Part shown: piece after piece, positions 34,184 to 44,317 of the stretch
Layout of the letters: each line of letters opens with the position of its first letter
Numbering within the stretch: the stretch's first letter is position 1
NCBI GenBank assembly: GCA_013115145.1
Contig: JAAPAO010000221.1
Coordinates: 1-51,414 of the forward strand
Origin: Perkinsus chesapeaki ATCC PRA-425
Taxonomy: Eukaryota; Protista; Perkinsozoa
Direction of reading: 5' to 3'
Length of the DNA: 51,414 bases
Translations under genes and position numbers: made by a program
The notes under the pieces: model-generated
What the model was told of the DNA's origin: nothing
Database searches by the model: none
What the model saw: only the letters and a program-made list of their open reading frames with translations

Positions 34184-35749
34184 ATGGGATGTACTCAATC
34201 TAATAGGCATCGACAATCTCGTCGTGGGTCTGTGAACTCGACACGGCGATCTGCATTAAATATGGGTGGCAGTGGATCTCTTGATCGTTCCTCCGGCCAG
34301 AACTTCAGGCCAGGTGCTAAAGTGATAGTATTAGCTGGTCATCCAGCAGCAGGAATGACTGGTACATTATTAAGTACAGATTGGAGAGGTACTTGTGTTA
34401 TAGATCTGGACTTCACGGGAGAAACGGTATTCGTACCAAAGGCGATGGTCGAGACCGAAAGCCCCATTGACGCTTTCTATTTTGCAAATACTTCCGGCAG
34501 CATGACCGAGCCAGGCGGGAGGACGGTAACGACCGCGAGCAGTGTGGCACCTGCTGTAGGGGATCGAGTTGAAATTATTGGAGATCATGACAAGAAGGGT
34601 AAACGCGGTTTTGTTACCGAGGCGGCTAGTGTCGGTCCTGAAGACACATTGTACACAATAGCGCTTGATGATGGTAGTGTTACCTGTGCTGGGCAGGAAT
34701 ATATAATAATGGCAATGGATGGGGCTACAAGAGCAGGAAAGGCGGAAAGAGGGGAGACTGGGATAGACGAGCATTTATTAGTGGCATTGAAGAATATGGG
34801 AAGGACTAAGGAATGGGGTCAGGCTCGTACCACTCTCGCCTCATTGAAGCCAACTTTGGATGATACTACTGCGGAGTGTGCTTTATGCTGTGAGGATCTA
34901 TGCGACAGTCCAACGGCAGTTTTAGTCAAAGCTGATCCATCCTGTGAAGATGGTGATAGGAAGGTTCGAGTTTGCCGTCATTATTACCATGTCTCTTGTC
35001 TAAGGGATATGTTCCTCACAAAGTCTTTAGAGCGTCGATGTCCTTTATGTCGGGAGGAGTTTCAGCATTATGTACCTTTACCAGACTTGAAGAGGGAGCC
35101 TGAGCTTTGGTTCAAGGTGGTTGACAGCCGAGGGGATGGTCATTTAACACTTGAAGAGGCTGTAGCAGCCGCGCAGAGTATCTTACCTGTTAGTCAGTAT
35201 GGACTCACAGATTTATTAAAGAAGGATGGTAGTAAATTATGGAGGAAATGGGCGAAGAGTAACGGGGAAACCATAACCCTAGGAGACTTCTTTGAGCAGG
35301 ATGGAGGCTTCTATATCTGGTTGTTGGCTAATCTCAGAGAGCTCCATCGACTGCATCAAAACGGTCGGAAACTACCGGACTTGTTCAGCGCTGGTGGAGA
35401 TTGTGATATAGAGAATGCCTGGTTTGATTATTGGGACTTCACCGGTACTGGAGTACTCACGAAGCAGCAGTTGGAGAGAGCCCTGGCGATCTCTGTAGTG
35501 GCGAATACGGCAGCTCGCTCACCTGTGGTAAATGGGGAAAGTCGACCCCGCCCGAGAGTATCATCTTCGATGGCGGAGAACAGAATGGGGCTGGAAGTTG
35601 GTGAGGTTGTCGAGGCTCTGTGGGACGATATCGACCCGACCCACGACGGGCTTATCATGCGGAATGCCTTCCACGGAGCATCACGGCTATTGCTACCTAA
35701 CTTGACGACTCTTGGATGCGGTGGAGGAGCAGTGGAGGGAAAGGATTGA
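34184..35749 (+). CDS. N-myristoylated protein with two KOW/SH3-like motifs, a RING finger and EF-hands (putative Ca2+-regulated E3 ligase)
   Basis: Intronless 521 aa. MGCTQS start; FRPGAKVIVLAG..GMTGTLL and VGDRVEIIGD..GKRGFV; CALCCEDL..CRHYYHVSCL..CPLCR; EF-hand-like loops DSRGDGHLTLEE, DFTGTGVLTKQQ, DPTHDGLIMRNA. Confidence 0.85.
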   Translation: MGCTQSNRHRQSRRGSVNSTRRSALNMGGSGSLDRSSGQNFRPGAKVIVLAGHPAAGMTGTLLSTDWRGTCVIDLDFTGETVFVPKAMVETESPIDAFYFANTSGSMTEPGGRTVTTASSVAPAVGDRVEIIGDHDKKGKRGFVTEAASVGPEDTLYTIALDDGSVTCAGQEYIIMAMDGATRAGKAERGETGIDEHLLVALKNMGRTKEWGQARTTLASLKPTLDDTTAECALCCEDLCDSPTAVLVKADPSCEDGDRKVRVCRHYYHVSCLRDMFLTKSLERRCPLCREEFQHYVPLPDLKREPELWFKVVDSRGDGHLTLEEAVAAAQSILPVSQYGLTDLLKKDGSKLWRKWAKSNGETITLGDFFEQDGGFYIWLLANLRELHRLHQNGRKLPDLFSAGGDCDIENAWFDYWDFTGTGVLTKQQLERALAISVVANTAARSPVVNGESRPRPRVSSSMAENRMGLEVGEVVEALWDDIDPTHDGLIMRNAFHGASRLLLPNLTTLGCGGGAVEGKD

Positions 35750-35959
35750 CATTGCTGTTGTAGTATTGAAGAATTATAAAGAGGGCCAAGTTGATTTCAT
35801 TTATTAAATGCCCGAAATGGATGAGTTGTGTCCGTCGGGTGCATCATCATCATCATCATCAGCCTCCTATAATTCCTTGTATGTAGCATTATCAACATCA
35901 CTCCCAATTCTAGTGTTATGTTAATACAGGGTTGAGGATTATGATATCTTAGTATCTTA

Positions 35960-38900
35960 ATGGGTAAAAAAGGCGGAGCCAAGAAGGGCGGCGGCAAGAA
36001 GAAGGCAGCAGAGCCGGAGGTAATAATGGGTACAGGGGAGGGAGGAGCATATTGGAAGATATGTCTTAGGGGGGTATGTCGCACTGGGTAAGACACTTGG
36101 TGCATCACTTACATTCACTCTTAGACATTGAAGTGTGAAATAGGTCAGCTTTGATATACAGTACGGATGAGAGTATCGGGATAGGAATCTGATGAAAGCG
36201 TCGGGCATGGCGTCGACTATGTCGATCAACCCTATGAGATTGTTGAGGCTTACTAGCAGCGGGTCCTTGTGTGTTATCTACTTGGTAATGTAGTAGTATC
36301 TGTATCTAGTAGTAGTTTGGGCTACGCAGTGAGGGTTGCTGTATTTTTGAATTGGACTATGTTTTCCCTGGGAGCAAACGACAGCCGTATATGCTTTGAA
36401 GCGGGAGCCAGAGTATCGGCCTCCTTATGCTGTCCCTTGCTTTACTATATCCTTATTACTTACGGTAATTAGGTGAACCCTGCGGATGTTATACCGTCAG
36501 ATTTGATGGGGCTAAATGAACAACAATTGAAGGAAAGGATAGAATCTTGGGGGTAGAGCTGGAAAGATACAAAGAAGGTCGAGTTGGGGAATTAGGTATC
36601 GAAGGAGGAAGGCTGCCAAAGAGAGGAACTATATGGAAATGGAAAAAGATATGGTTAACCGGTAATGAATGCCGGGAGGAGGGTTCGAACCAGGGACCTT
36701 TGGCTTATCAGATTTTACGGTATAACCACTCGAGAGATAGAGCAGCTCGAGGCAGCCATACTTTGTAAAGAGCGTCAAATGGAGGTGGCGGAGAAAGAGC
36801 ATAGAGTGAAAATTAAAGTTCACGAGCAGAAGGTACCAGTGTGTAAAACCGCGCGCCTCGAAATTATTAGAATAGGTTCACAACTTGTCATACCAGCAAG
36901 TCCGAGAGAGCGAAGACATCTCCAAAGAAGTAATAGTCAAAACCATAACGTTTGAACTTTTAATGGGTAGGCTGAGTTGGTGATGGTGGAGGATAATGAG
37001 AGGCATGTAGCAATGCTAACAAATTGGCATAGGGAAAATGAAGTAGTACAGGAACCGGGAAGGGTAGATAATATCTCGTTAAGTAATAGAAAGTATTCTA
37101 GTCAATCATAGCCTTTGAGGGCTTCAACGAGCCCTCAGAGGCTATGAGTGCCTAGTACCTGGTTTTCGGGTTCTCTGTAATATGCAGTACCGGTCATCTA
37201 GAGAGAGAGAAATTCTCATTTCTGAAGAGGTTATGGCTGCCCGTCTATTTTCCCTCTCTAGGCGACCGGCACTGTATAATAAGGGAGAAGGGGTATAAAC
37301 AACGATTTGGGCGGAGCTGCAGAATTCTTTGAAAAGTGTTAACTTCCTGAGTAGAAGGAAGGGTTCTCTATTTCAGTGAGGAATACATCTTATGAACCTC
37401 CGGCTCACACCCCACAGTTCAGACCGCTCCTTTGTTTGATCATGATTAGATCGATCGAACTTTAGGCGTTGAAGGAGTCGATGGCAGCTAGGAAGCTTTC
37501 TAGAGAGGACGAAGTTAAAATGATGGAACAAGGTAGGTAAAGTAGCGAACAGCAGCACCACACTAGCTTGCAGGGTTCGCGAAGTCATTGGGGAAATTGA
37601 AGGAGACCTATGAGGTGAATCATGCACAGTTGAAGAAGGAGTGTCAGGCCCAAGTGGATGAGCTTAAAACGGAATTGGAAGTTCGGAGGAGGGTAGTAGA
37701 GAGACAGGAAAGATATTTTCAGAGGTTAATTGGTGATAGGTGGAGATACACGAGCTTCGAGAACGGAAGAATTTACATATGAATGAGTTGATGGAGAATC
37801 ACGAAGAAGCGTTTGAGCAAATGAAAGGGTATCCTTGGCGGTTTCGAGCGGAGGTCGATTCTTCGCGGTGCGCAAAGATACTACAAAGATATCACCGTGG
37901 ATAACGTAAAGTTGATCCGGAGCTTGAAGGATGAGATAGCAGAGATGCGAAGTCGAGAGAAAGTAAATAGGAAGATTACTGAGCGGTTGATGCTGGAGAA
38001 CAGAACGGTAGGAGGCCGCGGGTTCGAATCCCAGGTGCGGCATTTTTGTTTTGATGGCAGCTCGCCGAGCCTTTGGCGGAGATGGAGGAAGAAAGGGCAA
38101 AGCTGATGGATCTTGTGAAGAATTATGGAACTGATAAGATAGTGAGTGTCATTAACTCGTCTCATACCGACACTTCCGTTAATCGATCGCAATTGTTGGG
38201 TATGGGTGTGGTAGGTACTGAGGAACTTGAAAGGAAGGAAATCAGTGCTTGAAAAGAATATGAAGGAAGCGAGAGCAGAGTGAGTTTTAGATATTTATTT
38301 ATGGTAACTACCTTATAGAAGGAAATTATAAGGTTGAGATCTCCTAAGGGGGTGGTTGACAGAAGTGTGGTAATATCGATAAAATATTGCATTTGTGGAT
38401 CGTGATGGACTAATATATTATTAATGATGTCAACTAATTACTAACATCATTGTTTACCCTTCACTGTGGCGTTTTAGAACTCCTATCATGAGCGTGTAGT
38501 GAAAGTGTGAGCTCATGGTTGTTGTATCTTTCAGGTATCGGCAAACAGAAGACAGGATGAAGAAGCTTGAGAAGGAGCGTGATGAGGTGACTCGAAGGTT
38601 TGCAAAGGTAGAAGGGAGAGGAGGTGTAAGAGTGATGGATGTTTTATCAGGGGGTGGAGGAGATGCACAGATTGGCTGAGTTAAAGAATATAGCACTTGA
38701 GAAACGGCTTGGTGAACTGGGCTCTAATTATAGTAATAAGCAAGTCCAGCTTGAGGAGGTAAGAGAGGCTTCTAGAAGGTGTTACCAGGAGGTCTTTCTA
38801 ACACCTTTTCTCGCCGCCCTATCCTCCCTTCCCAGCTAGTATCCTTCGTCGAGTGTTATACTACTTTGTTGCAGTAGTTAGAATGCTTAGCAATGTAATT

Positions 38901-39540
38901 GTAGTGAACAGTACACGGCGTAGCTCGTGGGTGAATATTTTATGATGAAAAGTTATGGTAGAGAGGGTGATTCAAAATATCGTGAACGTTGGTTTTTAAC
39001 ATGTTGAACGGTTCGGGTTGTTAGGAGTTTGAATCACCCTCTACACTCCTTCCAGTGGGACACAGTGTGGATCATTTTACAAATTCGAAGATCTTCAGTT
39101 GCAGCTTGTTTCCCACATGAGATGTATTCGTTTGTTTCGCTGCGCCACAAAATTATTTCAGATTGTGAGATCGGCTAGCATCGACCCAGCGGTACTGCAA
39201 AGTGTAACGGAAAAGCTGGAGGGAGTTTTGGAATCGAAAAATGAAGTTATCAAGTCGCTGCGATACGAGGTAGCCTGAAGGACGCGGGTTCGATCCCTGG
39301 CAGCGCCTTTTTAGATACAACGACTGGCGAAGATGTACAACGATACGATACGGGTTTACGAATACAAACTGAAAGAGTTTGGTGTTCCGTTGGAGGAGAT
39401 GGGATTCGAACCTGTGCCGGTTAAGACAAGCCAAATCCCTGCGGAGTAATATCCCTCGTTGAGCTATGTTGACTGTTTTCTTCAGCTTGGTTGCCACTTC
39501 GAAGGGTGGTGTTTTGGCTGCTCCTAGCAAAGCTGCATGA
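35960..39540 (+). CDS. GAS8: Dynein regulatory complex subunit 4 (GAS8/DRC4/trypanin)
   Basis: Multi-exon: MGKKGGAKKGG..; ERNYMEMEKDMVNR|FYGIT; VKIKVHEQK|VHNL; ELEVRRR|VEIHELRERKNLHMNELMENHEEAFEQMKG|YYKDIT; LKEFGVPLEEMGFEP; IPAD|LVAT. Confidence 0.9.
36662..36711 (-). pseudogene. tRNA 3'-half relic filling a 50-nt GAS8 intron (antisense)
   Basis: The reverse complement reads CTGATAA-GCCAA-AGGTC-CCTGG-TTCGAAC-CCTCC-TCCCGGC-A, i.e. tRNA positions 32-73 in register. The T-stem keeps only 2 pairs. Confidence 0.7.
37107..37276. repeat. Two long imperfect inverted repeats inside a 423-nt GAS8 intron
   Basis: 17-bp stem 37107-37146 (catagcctttgagggct-tcaacg-agccctcagaggctatg), and a stem of about 29 bp between arms starting at 37183 and ending at 37276. 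Confidence 0.75.
38008..38047 (+). pseudogene. tRNA 3'-half relic starting at the 5' splice site of a 53-nt GAS8 intron (38008-38060)
   Basis: GTAGG-AGGCC-GCGGG-TTCGAAT-CCCAG-GTGCGGC-A-TTTTT corresponds to tRNA positions 39-73 plus a T-tract. Confidence 0.72.
39270..39314 (+). pseudogene. tRNA 3'-half relic (Thr-like) filling a 45-nt GAS8 intron
   Basis: GTAG-CCTGA-AGGAC-GCGGG-TTCGATC-CCTGG-CAGCGCC-T-TTTT-AG corresponds to positions 35-73 plus T-tract plus AG. The T-stem keeps 4 of 5 pairs. Confidence 0.72.
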
Positions 39541-39636
39541 GATGTCCAACATGAAGCCTTGGGTCGTTCCTTGTGGAACCTTGCGAGGCGAGTTGAGTTG
39601 GTTAGTTATTTAATAATAGCAACAGAGGTATTTAAT

Positions 39637-40537
39637 ATGACAAGTAATGCTCCTATGCCGACTACAATGGGACCATTGGTGAACCAAAAGTATATACAAA
39701 GGATGGTAGGACAGAGAGTAAGGCTGATAGGGAAGGTAATGAGGAAGGATGCCGGGGTATGGGCGAAGGAGAAGTCTTTATAAGACTTTAAGGAAGCCTT
39801 ATTGATGGTTTCAGAAGTTATTAAGTAAATAGTATTCACTTCAGCTACTTATATTAATTAGTTCACTTACTACAGTATTTACTGAATACTACAGTAAAAA
39901 TGTTCACGTAAAGCATTGTGACTTCATTAAGGGCTGTGCACTCTAAAATCACTGTGTGTCACTTGCTGAATTTCATTGCCGGAATCTACTAGAAATCTTG
40001 GGGGTGGTGACTCATGACGATATTAAACACTCTTTAAGGATCTACAATTCAGCTTGCCATCATCAGTAGAGCAATCAACTTTCGTAATGAAAATGATCTA
40101 CTCACGGCATGCTGTAGAATGCAACTAATTATTAGTTAAGTTCCCGCCCCCACCCTCAAACTGGTATATTCACCGTGATGGCCCCGGACAACGCTGATAT
40201 AGTCTGTCGACCCGAACACGGCTTCAGTACTGTACAGGTCCTGGCATCCTCGGCCTCAAGAGGGGAGACTCAGTAGGACAGCAGTTTAGTTCTTCCTTCT
40301 CCTTCACAGTTGTTCCTTCAGTATTGTCGTCCATGTTGTTGGTAGCGTGGCGCCTGATGGCAGTCTATCAGTTGAGCAGCCACCATCGGAGCTTGGCCAT
40401 GACATTAGTCTGCCGTTGTTGGACCAAGCCATAGAGTTGCAGTTCAGGTAGTGATGCAGGAGATGTGTTGTCTGTAGGGTTGGTGTTGTCATTTCAGAGC
40501 TCCTCTGGCACATCTATATAACCCAATATTAGCTTAG
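39637..40537 (+). CDS. RPA3: Replication protein A 14-kDa subunit
   Basis: PLVNQKYIQRMVGQRVRLIGK|..GIFTVMAPDNADIVC..|IVVHVVGSVAPDGSLSVEQPPSELGHDISLPLLDQAIELQF|RAPLAHLY fits the RPA14 OB-fold pattern. Long first intron. Confidence 0.75.
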
Positions 40538-40654
40538 AGGATGTGGAGGGGAAATAGTAATTCGCAACGTTTATAGTGTTGTTGTTGTTGAGTTATTCAA
40601 TTAAAGGGACGGACGGATCAGTGGTGTGCCAAGGAAAGGTCGAAGTTGGAGAAA

Positions 40655-40728
40655 TACTGGAACCGAGAATCGAACTCGGGACCTACTGCGTGTTAGGCAG
40701 TCGTCATAACCAACTAGACCATTCCAGC
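40655..40728 (-). tRNA. trnV: tRNA-Val(AAC), intergenic
   Basis: Reverse complement GCTGGAA/TTCCAGT, anticodon arm ACTGC-CTAACAC-GCAGT, T-arm CCGAG-TTCGATT-CTCGG. Confidence 0.95.
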
Positions 40729-40769
40729 GGGTGTTTATAGTCTTCTAAGACCAGCGCTATCCATACCAG

Positions 40770-43700
40770 ATGTTTCTGTCCTTACTATGGTTGATAAGCC
40801 TTAACCTCCTCTGCTGCTATTCTCGCCCATCCCCGTTGACTGGTGGCTCCTCCTTGGTGAAAGTTAAGCTCGACAACTTTGATCAGTTGGTATCAAATCG
40901 TCAACCTGATGAGGTTTGGATAATCATATTCCACGTATCTTGGTGTAATGCATGCCAAGTAAGCAGCATCAGCAGCCGAGGCGTAGTCCTTGTAAACAGA
41001 CAATAATCGGGCAAACTTAGAAAGAGAACGTATTTTGAATCAGGCAGCATTTGTTCCTGTCGAGTCGGTAGAAGTGTGGTTGATGTATTAGAATGACTAA
41101 TAATAGTTAGTATATCAAAAATAATATCTTGTCCTAATACTCTATAGGGAATCGAGTGGGTAGAACTCGACTTGAAAGGAATTAACCCCAAACTCCATCT
41201 GGTTGGAACAAAACTGCCTGCCTTTCTAGATGTCACGTACTGTAGGTATATGATAAACGCTAGTGGAGGGATATAGTACTTAAGTACGTATTAGGTTTGC
41301 GTACTGACACTAACTACGTATTGGTAACATAGACCTTGGATATTTGGCTCTTCAGAAAACGCTGCCGGAGTTTGCGGGGGCTAGCACGGATTGGAAGGAT
41401 GGAGGAGAAGGAGTGAAGGTGAGATTTGGTGAAGTAGACTGCACCAGCAGCAGAAATCTTCGAGAGAAGTTCGGCATACATTCATATCCGACAATAAAGA
41501 TGTAAGACAACGACGATGGCGATAGCTATGATTGTTAGCTGCGGGATATGAATTCGAAGTTTATCGTATTACCAAGTAGTATAACACTTATGGACATAGT
41601 GAACAATTCGATATTATAATATATCCGTATAAGATCAAGGTTCATACCGGTGCAACATATTTAGTATTAAAATATATATAGTACGTTTATAGCACTACCA
41701 ACTGCAGCAAGCAGCTATACTTCAATTCTATCATATACGCTATAAGCTAAGTCATCATCACTCTAGAATGTCAGGGGAGGATTCTCGTAGGAAAGCAATG
41801 GCCTCGTTTATCGATTGAGAGCCGCTCCATGGCGGTGCTTCAATGTATTGTATAGCTCGCATTTGCCTCTGGGGCTACGTGTGATATTTACTTTGGCAGT
41901 TGGACTTCGTGGTCCAATGGTGGGGAAGAGTACACATATAACGGCATCCGCAGTAAAGAGGCTATCACGGAATACGTATCATTTATGGTGCGGAAGAATG
42001 TGCAGACAGTGGCATCGTTGAAGGAGATGGAAAAACAGACGGAACGAGTACGTAGGTTGTGAGAATAGTTTTCCAGCGCGCCACGAAAATACGTGAAACT
42101 CAGGATGCCCGTTCCAGCATCACTATTGTGAGCCGCGATCCAGAGCCTTCGAATCTGATAGAGAAGGTGGCAATCAAGATGAAGGACCGACACTCATTTT
42201 TCATTTTGGTATGCTGAGCGTTGCTTGTGAGATTATCTATGCCTGTGTGTCAGGCCCCAACCGATGAGGCTTTGCTATCTCGTATAGGGAGTGAATGTGA
42301 TGCCGGCAAGGAGACCTGTATAATGATATCATCTCCATTGGAGTCCATTGTGCTTCCCTCTCATAGACATACTCCCTATTATAAGGTACGCTGCATTCCC
42401 TTCTACGACTCGAACCTTCTCTATTATACTTCTAACAACCCTCCGCCGATGAGTCTCCTCTGGGGGCCTTATCGTCATTTCCTGCCCTCGTTTGAAGCCA
42501 GTCCAGTCTATTGTGTCCGTTTTCCGAAGATGGCTGGCCCATACAAATATCGCCGCGAGCTGTAGACATCGGTTCTAAGAATCTGTCGTCGTGTCAGGTT
42601 GCCCGATTATCTGAAGTTGCGCCCTCCCCAATAGCTCTTGAGAAGTGGATAGACTCTAATGCCTTTCCAGGTAACAGAAGCCTCCGTTGTATGTCGATAT
42701 AGAACCTAAATAGGTATATGGATAGTCGATGAAAGCAACTCATATAACTTCCTACAAGGTCTGCAGGATTCTGTCATTATTGCAGTCGATCCCACTAGTA
42801 AAGAGCAACGGGATCTGGCGTAAGCTCGTGCCGATCTGTTCCCGCCTCATCCCTTTTCTCGAGGTCGGAGAAGCTTCTTGAAGCCAATGATAATGTTACG
42901 TTGGCGAAGCAATTCCGTTTTGGTATCGTTGATGGAATCTACTGGTCAACGACTCTGTCTAGTCTTGGAATGCACCAATATAATTTGCCCAGAGTGAGCA
43001 AGCCATCACTGTCACCGATTTGAATCTCGTTGCAAGTTGTAGTGGTGAGAGAGTGTACTACAAAATGTAGCTTACAGCATCGTCTTCTTAGCGTTAAAAA
43101 GACGATATAACTGCATAATGCTCTGGGTCGATAAGGTGTTAAATGAGTATCAGTGATCATAAATAGTAGCGTACTGATGGGTAATGCTTACGCTTGTGAG
43201 AGTTGCTCGCTTGTCTACCTTGGCTCACCAATTCCCTATTTATCAAAGGGTATGCAGCAAGGGAGGCGGCGAATGGAAACCCCGTAGTAGGAATCAATTG
43301 ATCGTCAGAATACATGAAATGTATCGTAATTCACAGTACATCTAATCTAGAAGCCTTTTTGACGATCGTAAGTAGTTTGCAGCTCAGAAGATGCCATTTT
43401 TCGGCGGTGGTGTTTTTGCAGGTGGTATGATCTAAGTGTCAGGTTATAGTCTTCAAAAGAAGCGAATTCGACGTCTATTGGGAGGACGTGCAGCGATTGA
43501 CCGTTGAGAATCTATCTCAAGGGTTGGATGAAGTTGTTAATGGTTCCTTACCATCGAAGGATAGAAGAGATAACATACTACTTAACAGACTCGCTAAGTG
43601 AGAGAATTAATGGTGACCGAAGAATGTGAATAATTAGTATGATTATGAATATTTATATTATTAATTATCAATTAAATGTTCATAGTATAATATTTTGTAT

Positions 43701-44123
43701 ATAAGATAATAATACATAATTTAACGTTTAAAGTTTAATGATAGTGGAGGAGAGATGCGCAGCTATATTTCCGTGTGATGCTTGCTCCCTGGTGTTCCAT
43801 CGTTCCCGTACGGGCGGCCCGTAACGGGCCAGACGACAGGTCTGTCTTATTCCACTCCACTTTGCTATCATCCTCTCGTTTGTTTCTTATCTGACACCCA
43901 TTCGTCTTCTCTCAGCAACCTCTACTATCCCGCAAGACATTTCGTATCACAGTCTACCCTCCATCTCATCGGAACATTACTAACCCTATTGGTGGTGCTT
44001 ATCGTTGTTGGGAGATGTGTCTATGAGACATGTGGGCTAATATTCATTGATGATGTTACTGAGGAGGATCAAGTGGAGAAAATACGAGCAATAGCGGCGG
44101 AGCGAAGAAAAAAGTTAGACTGA
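40770..44123 (+). CDS. ER membrane thioredoxin/PDI-family protein (TMX3-like)
   Basis: Signal peptide, active site WCNAC spliced to KTLPEFAGAS, FGEVDCT..KFGIHSYPTIK, YNGIRSKEAITEYV, C-terminal TM helix LIGTLLTLLVVLIVV and KKxx ER-retrieval end (RRKKLD*). Internal exons only partly traced. Confidence 0.75.
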
Positions 44124-44317
44124 TTTTCACTGTGCCTTCATCGCTCACTTTCTGTGTTGTTGATCATCAATCATTCGTGGAGTTGGGCATCCGCAGTAGA
44201 GAGGAGTGACAGCGCTGAAGGGCTTTGATATAATGTACATGTTCAAGTGGTGACCGTTCATTAACACATACGAGGGAACAGTAAGAGCAAACCACACCAT
44301 TCAAGCTGTGAAAGATT

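Noticed and set aside
39401-39415. GGGATTCGAACC B-box-like word
   Set aside because: It encodes the conserved GAS8 motif MGFEP and has no tRNA register; similar coding coincidences occur at 13750 and 47521.
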